A stretch of DNA of 52,550 nucleotides from Gammaproteobacteria bacterium (GTDB lineage: Bacteria > Pseudomonadota > Gammaproteobacteria > Tenderiales > Tenderiaceae): assembly GCA_024277755.1 (NCBI GenBank), contig JAJRUN010000082.1:1-52550 (forward strand). Reading direction: 5' to 3'. Within the stretch, counting starts at the first letter, position 1. Every line of letters starts with the position of its first letter. Shown one piece after another: positions 48,667-52,550 of the stretch. The notes under the pieces are model-generated. The model was not told the DNA's origin and did no database searches. It was given only the letters and a program-made list of their open reading frames with translations. Position numbers and translations under genes: made by a program.

Positions 48667-49812
48667 ATGAATCAGCTAACCAAAGTTCTCGAACGTTTAA
48701 AATTCACCTCTCGGGTCAGTATTGTAGAAATGCTGACTTCCGCCATCTCTGCGTCCATTGCTCTGGCAATCGTCGTCTGGGTAAGCAAGCAAAGCCTATC
48801 AGGCATCAACATCCCCTTTATCATGGCCTCGATGGGAGCAACTGCGGTAATCTTATTTGCGACACCTAACAGCCCCATGGGCCGACCCTGGCCATTATTG
48901 GCTGGTCACTTTGTTGCGGCCTTTATTGCCATCAGTTGTGGCAAACTGACTTCAAACCTGATGATCTCAGTGCCATTAGCCATCGGCCTGGTGATCTTTG
49001 CCATGCACTACCTGCGCTGCATCCATCCCCCTGGCGGTGCCACCGCCCTGCTCGCTCTGCTGGGGGGAACTGAGGTCAGCGCAATCGGTTATCAGTTCAT
49101 GCTCACGCCACTGGCGATCAATCTGCTGATTCTGGCGCTGGTGGCTTATGCTCTCAATAAGTTGCGCGCCGAAAAAGGTCGCTATACACGCGTTGAAATT
49201 CCAAGCGGCTGGCAACAACGCCGGCAAACAAAAACAACGCCACGCTTCAAGACTCAGGATCTGCAAGCAGCCATTCACTCTCTCGACAGCTACATCGACA
49301 TGGATGCAGAACAACTGGCACAACTTTATGAGCTGGCCGAGCAACAGCGTTATTCGCGCAAGCTGGGAACATTAAGCTGTGGCGAGGTGATGGAACAGGC
49401 CATTAGCCGTGAATATGGCGACAGCCTACAGGAAGCCTGGGCACAACTCAGCCACGATGACCAACAGGCAATTGTGGTGACTGACCGCGCCCGTCACATT
49501 AAAGGCATCCTGACACTAAGTGATTTTATCAAACACGCCCAGATCTTTGATCTAAACACAGAACAGCAACGAGTGGCCGCATTAATCAAGCCCAGCACCA
49601 CGCTGACCTCGGACAAACCCGAGGTCATCGGCCAGATCATGAGTACAACCACCTACTGCGCTCAACAGGATAAAAGCGCTGCCGATGTATGGCCAATGTT
49701 CGAACGCTATAACATCGAACATCTTCCAGTCGTCGATCAGAACAATAAGCTGCAAGGCATCATTCATCGCTCAACACTGGCACCACGGCTTAGCAGTAGC
49801 CACCAAAATTAG
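48667..49812 (+). CDS. HPP-family membrane protein with C-terminal CBS pair
   Basis: ASMGATAVILF, SPMGRPWP, CIHPPGGA; CBS motif HLPVVDQNNKLQGII. Confidence 0.9.
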   Translation: MNQLTKVLERLKFTSRVSIVEMLTSAISASIALAIVVWVSKQSLSGINIPFIMASMGATAVILFATPNSPMGRPWPLLAGHFVAAFIAISCGKLTSNLMISVPLAIGLVIFAMHYLRCIHPPGGATALLALLGGTEVSAIGYQFMLTPLAINLLILALVAYALNKLRAEKGRYTRVEIPSGWQQRRQTKTTPRFKTQDLQAAIHSLDSYIDMDAEQLAQLYELAEQQRYSRKLGTLSCGEVMEQAISREYGDSLQEAWAQLSHDDQQAIVVTDRARHIKGILTLSDFIKHAQIFDLNTEQQRVAALIKPSTTLTSDKPEVIGQIMSTTTYCAQQDKSAADVWPMFERYNIEHLPVVDQNNKLQGIIHRSTLAPRLSSSHQN

Positions 49813-49845
49813 CCATACCATCACTTTTACGACAACAAAGATTTA

Positions 49846-49951
49846 TGTCGGCTTTCTTTACGGTTTTAGTTTTTATTTTTCGGCAGTCTTGCCTGACAAA
49901 GCATAACCACTTGTTTATATTAAATATTAGAGTTTTGGAATACACCTTGCA
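49846..49951 (+). promoter_or_regulatory. sigma54 promoter with IHF-like site and enhancer boxes upstream of the PEP-CTERM gene
   Basis: TGGAAT-ACACC-TTGCA (49936-49951). TAACCACTTGTTT (49904-49916). 17-mers TGTCGGCTTTCTTTACG (49846-49862) and GGCAGTCTTGCCTGACA (49882-49898). Confidence 0.72.
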
Positions 49952-49991
49952 TGTATAATTATTAGAAAATAACAACAAGGAGCCTACAAAA

Positions 49992-50774
49992 ATGACAAAG
50001 GAACAAAGCATATCTAAAAAAATTGCTTCATCCCTGGCAATCGCCCTTCTATGCGGCCTCAGCTTTAGCGCCAGCGCAGCCCCAATTTACTGGACAGACT
50101 GGACTACAAGCAGTAGCACTCAAGCCGGATTTGAGGGCAAAGGCACCATTACAACAAGCACATCAACCGTTGACGTTACCTACACCAACCCGCAAGGCGT
50201 TGGTTTTTTCCAAAGCAATGGTGGCATCGACTACTGGCAGAATATCCACAGTGGGCGCAATCCTTCCACCTCACCCTACACCAGCGCCGCAGTAGATAAC
50301 ATCCCCACCGGAACGGACATCGTTGGCTTGCGGTACGCAGGCAGCCAAACCCTTACCTTTTCTGAAGCAATTGCCAATCCGGTTTTCTCTTATGTAAGCC
50401 TTAACGGCAATGGTTATAGCTTTGATCAAGACTTCGAAATTTTGAGTTTTGGTAATGCGAGTGACGGCAACGACTGCGGCTACTGGGGGTGTGGTACTTC
50501 GTATAAAAATGTCGTTGACCTGGGCGGTGGTATTTTTGAATATCAACTGCTTGGAACCGGCGAACCCCATGGCACAATCCAGTTCACAGGCGCCTTTAAT
50601 ACCGTTAGCTGGAACAGCCTGAGTAACGAATACTGGAACGGCTTCACTGTAGGCATTCAAGGAACCAAGGTCGAAATATTTGACAACACTGTTCCAGAAC
50701 CTGCCCCTTTGGCACTATTAACATTAGGGTTGCTAAGCCTTGGCTATTTCCGTAAAAGGAAACCAGCCCAGTAA
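49992..50774 (+). CDS. PEP-CTERM exosortase-targeted surface protein
   Basis: AAGGAG RBS, signal peptide, Ser/Thr/Gly-rich beta domain, VPEP-TM-RKRK tail. Confidence 0.93.
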   Translation: MTKEQSISKKIASSLAIALLCGLSFSASAAPIYWTDWTTSSSTQAGFEGKGTITTSTSTVDVTYTNPQGVGFFQSNGGIDYWQNIHSGRNPSTSPYTSAAVDNIPTGTDIVGLRYAGSQTLTFSEAIANPVFSYVSLNGNGYSFDQDFEILSFGNASDGNDCGYWGCGTSYKNVVDLGGGIFEYQLLGTGEPHGTIQFTGAFNTVSWNSLSNEYWNGFTVGIQGTKVEIFDNTVPEPAPLALLTLGLLSLGYFRKRKPAQ

Positions 50775-51026
50775 GTAGCTCGTTTGGTGGGGGCTTGAAA
50801 GTAATGACCAGGTCTATGAATAGATATTCATAAGCCTTTTTCAGTCCCTACCGACCCTCCCCATTTAACCCCGCCATCACCCGGCGCTAAACAACCGGCC
50901 CCTTTTTCTGTTCACAGCACCGCTTCTTCCTGATCAATCTAAATTATCGATATACCGTGCACGTTAGCATTGCCTGACCCGCCTATGTACACTGCTTGTT
51001 CAACCACAACAAGGAGCGTTCTAATA

Positions 51027-51572
51027 ATGAAAACAATTCGTAAAACTCTCTTCACTGCAGGTCTGATTTGTGCCGCCACACTACAACCTCTAGTCGCGCA
51101 AGCCGTTAGCTGCAATGACGACGAAGAATTAGTCCGCATCAAAGGCAAGATTTTCAATAACGCCATACAGCCTGGCACAACCCTGGGGACAGCACGCATC
51201 AAAATTGGTGACGATAAAATGAAATGCGGAATCATGGGACAAGGCGCAGTAGGAAATGACGGTTCAATTAATTTTATTCATACCCTTGTATGCAATGATA
51301 AAGTTATCTTCCCCCTAACCGGCGATATCATTCACTCACAAATCAGCCTAAACACAACCGGCTTCGCTAATTTCCAAGCTTGCCCAGATGGCTTCCCCCC
51401 TGGCTCAGCCGTTGGCACCTTTCAAGAAACATCAGTACCAATTTCTGGCACTGGCCGAGGTGTATTCAAAAATGTGGAGCGTGGCGAAATCCACATTCAT
51501 GGCACAATCAATTGCTTAGCCGCCATTGATATGAAACTGTCTGGTGCTATCTGCATGAGAGATGATGATTAA
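51027..51572 (+). CDS. Secreted Cys-rich all-beta hypothetical protein
   Basis: AAGGAG RBS supports ATG 51027; signal peptide ending AQA; six Cys in the mature part. Confidence 0.78.
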   Translation: MKTIRKTLFTAGLICAATLQPLVAQAVSCNDDEELVRIKGKIFNNAIQPGTTLGTARIKIGDDKMKCGIMGQGAVGNDGSINFIHTLVCNDKVIFPLTGDIIHSQISLNTTGFANFQACPDGFPPGSAVGTFQETSVPISGTGRGVFKNVERGEIHIHGTINCLAAIDMKLSGAICMRDDD

Positions 51573-51773
51573 AAAAAGACTTGATTGATTCGTTGCCGTA
51601 CCCGGATATTAATCTGGGTATGGCAAAATCATGCTGATTAAGATCAATAGAAAAAAACTGAAGGAAAAATAACTTGAGGCCATAACAAATATTCCGCGTA
51701 AAACCACGGCATAATTTTTTCCCAAAAAATCATGTCTGAATCGTTCTAAAAAAAGCTTCCAGGAGCAATACAT

Positions 51774-51917
51774 ATGAGCAATGATCAACACCCGGCAACC
51801 GAGGAGGATATAAAAAAAGCCGAAGGTAAGGCCTTCATCAAAAAACTAATCATTGCCAAAGTGATACTGTTGGTTTTCATGGCAGGTATCGGTTATTACT
51901 TATTTATGACCATCTAA
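51774..51917 (+). CDS. 47-aa single-TM small protein (below the ORF-track cutoff)
   Basis: AGGAG RBS; MSNDQHPATEEDIKKAEGKAFIKKLIIAKVILLVFMAGIGYYLFMTI*. Confidence 0.62.
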   Translation: MSNDQHPATEEDIKKAEGKAFIKKLIIAKVILLVFMAGIGYYLFMTI

Positions 51918-51952
51918 GGAAAGTCAGATGAGCTTTTACACCCCCTTTATGG

Positions 51953-52550
51953 TGACGTGGTCAACCTTTTTTTGACAACCTAGTTAAGCCGCTTTTTTCA
52001 TTTCCAATAATTTTTGTTCATAGTCGCAGGGGCTCATGTAATCCAAATAGGAATGAAGTCTCTGAGTGTTATAGAACATAGTGATGTATCCCAGTATGTC
52101 CTGCTGCGCTTCATGGCGAGTCTGGTAGTGTTGCCATTGCACCTGTTCCTGCTTCAGGCTGCCAAAAAAGCTCTCAACGACCGCGTTATCCCAACAATCG
52201 CCCTCGCCTAAAGCGCCTACTGTCGGTGCGGCTCATGCTGCCTTTAAACCCATGAGCCTTGAGCAACCGCCGGAAGGCTTTGCTGGCATACTGCGAACCC
52301 CGATCCGAATGATGAATCAAACCGGCCTGGGGCCTGCGTCGCCAGATGGCCATTTTCAGTGCATCACAAACCAGCCTGGCCTTCATTCGCGAACTCATGC
52401 TCCAGCCAACGACTTGACGTGAACACAGGTCGATCACCACGGCCAGGTAAACCAGCCTTCTTGTGTCCAGATGTACGTCACATCAGAGGCATAGACCCGG
52501 TCGGTTTGTGCCACATCAAACTGACGTTCCAGCAGGTTGTCAAACACAGG
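51953..52550 (-). mobile_element. Inactivated IS3-family element (OrfB 3' half plus right end; continues beyond the window)
   Basis: [51 protein letters not shown]...KKAA*, ending ...TTGACCACGTCA. A 1-nt deletion near 52450 and a 22-nt insertion at 52205-52226 break the frame. Confidence 0.92.

Noticed and set aside
50786-50853. Extended hairpin after the PEP-CTERM gene as an ncRNA
   Set aside because: Adequately explained as a terminator or 3' stabilising stem; no second copy noticed in the window.
52014-52211. 65-aa plus-strand ORF
   Set aside because: Antisense to the IS3 transposase C-terminus.

Overview
This looks like chromosomal DNA from a gammaproteobacterium, plausibly marine and chemolithoautotrophic (inferred from gene content). 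Left to right: (1) a 9-gene minus-strand operon, DUF3450/ttpB, ttpC-like exbB, exbB, exbD, tonB, TPR, a large TonB-dependent receptor, a PhoX-like protein missing most metal ligands, and pstS (cut by the window edge). It is preceded by a four-repeat Pho box, and a second, divergent Pho-box-like array precedes a 63-aa ORF. (2) An M48 peptidase, then glcDEF plus an alanine/serine-glyoxylate aminotransferase. (3) An AT-rich islet with parD, a frameshifted parE, an IS1595 end, hipA/hipB and an outer-membrane barrel remnant, followed by arsR-arsM. (4) glgP split by one in-frame TAG. (5) A moxR-DUF58-DUF4381-batA-batB-batD operon, with batB also split by one in-frame TAG. (6) A secreted protein, a cytochrome c, a GGDEF protein and nnrS. 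(7) A four-gene phosphorelay: Hpt-REC-REC-PAS-HK-REC, REC-HD-GYP, a stand-alone TtrS-like binding protein, and a membrane hybrid kinase. (8) nirB-nirD-nasA behind a sigma54/NtrC/IHF-type promoter, divergent from an HPP-CBS gene. (9) A PEP-CTERM gene with a sigma54-type promoter, a Cys-rich secreted protein, an unannotated 47-aa membrane ORF, and a dead IS3 carrying a 22-nt insertion. The best candidate for an undescribed system is the Pho-box-controlled TonB/TBDR/pseudo-PhoX/PstS operon; the second is the TtrS-like c-di-GMP phosphorelay. No rRNA, tRNA or CRISPR array was seen. All family assignments come from motif recognition by eye; no searches were run.
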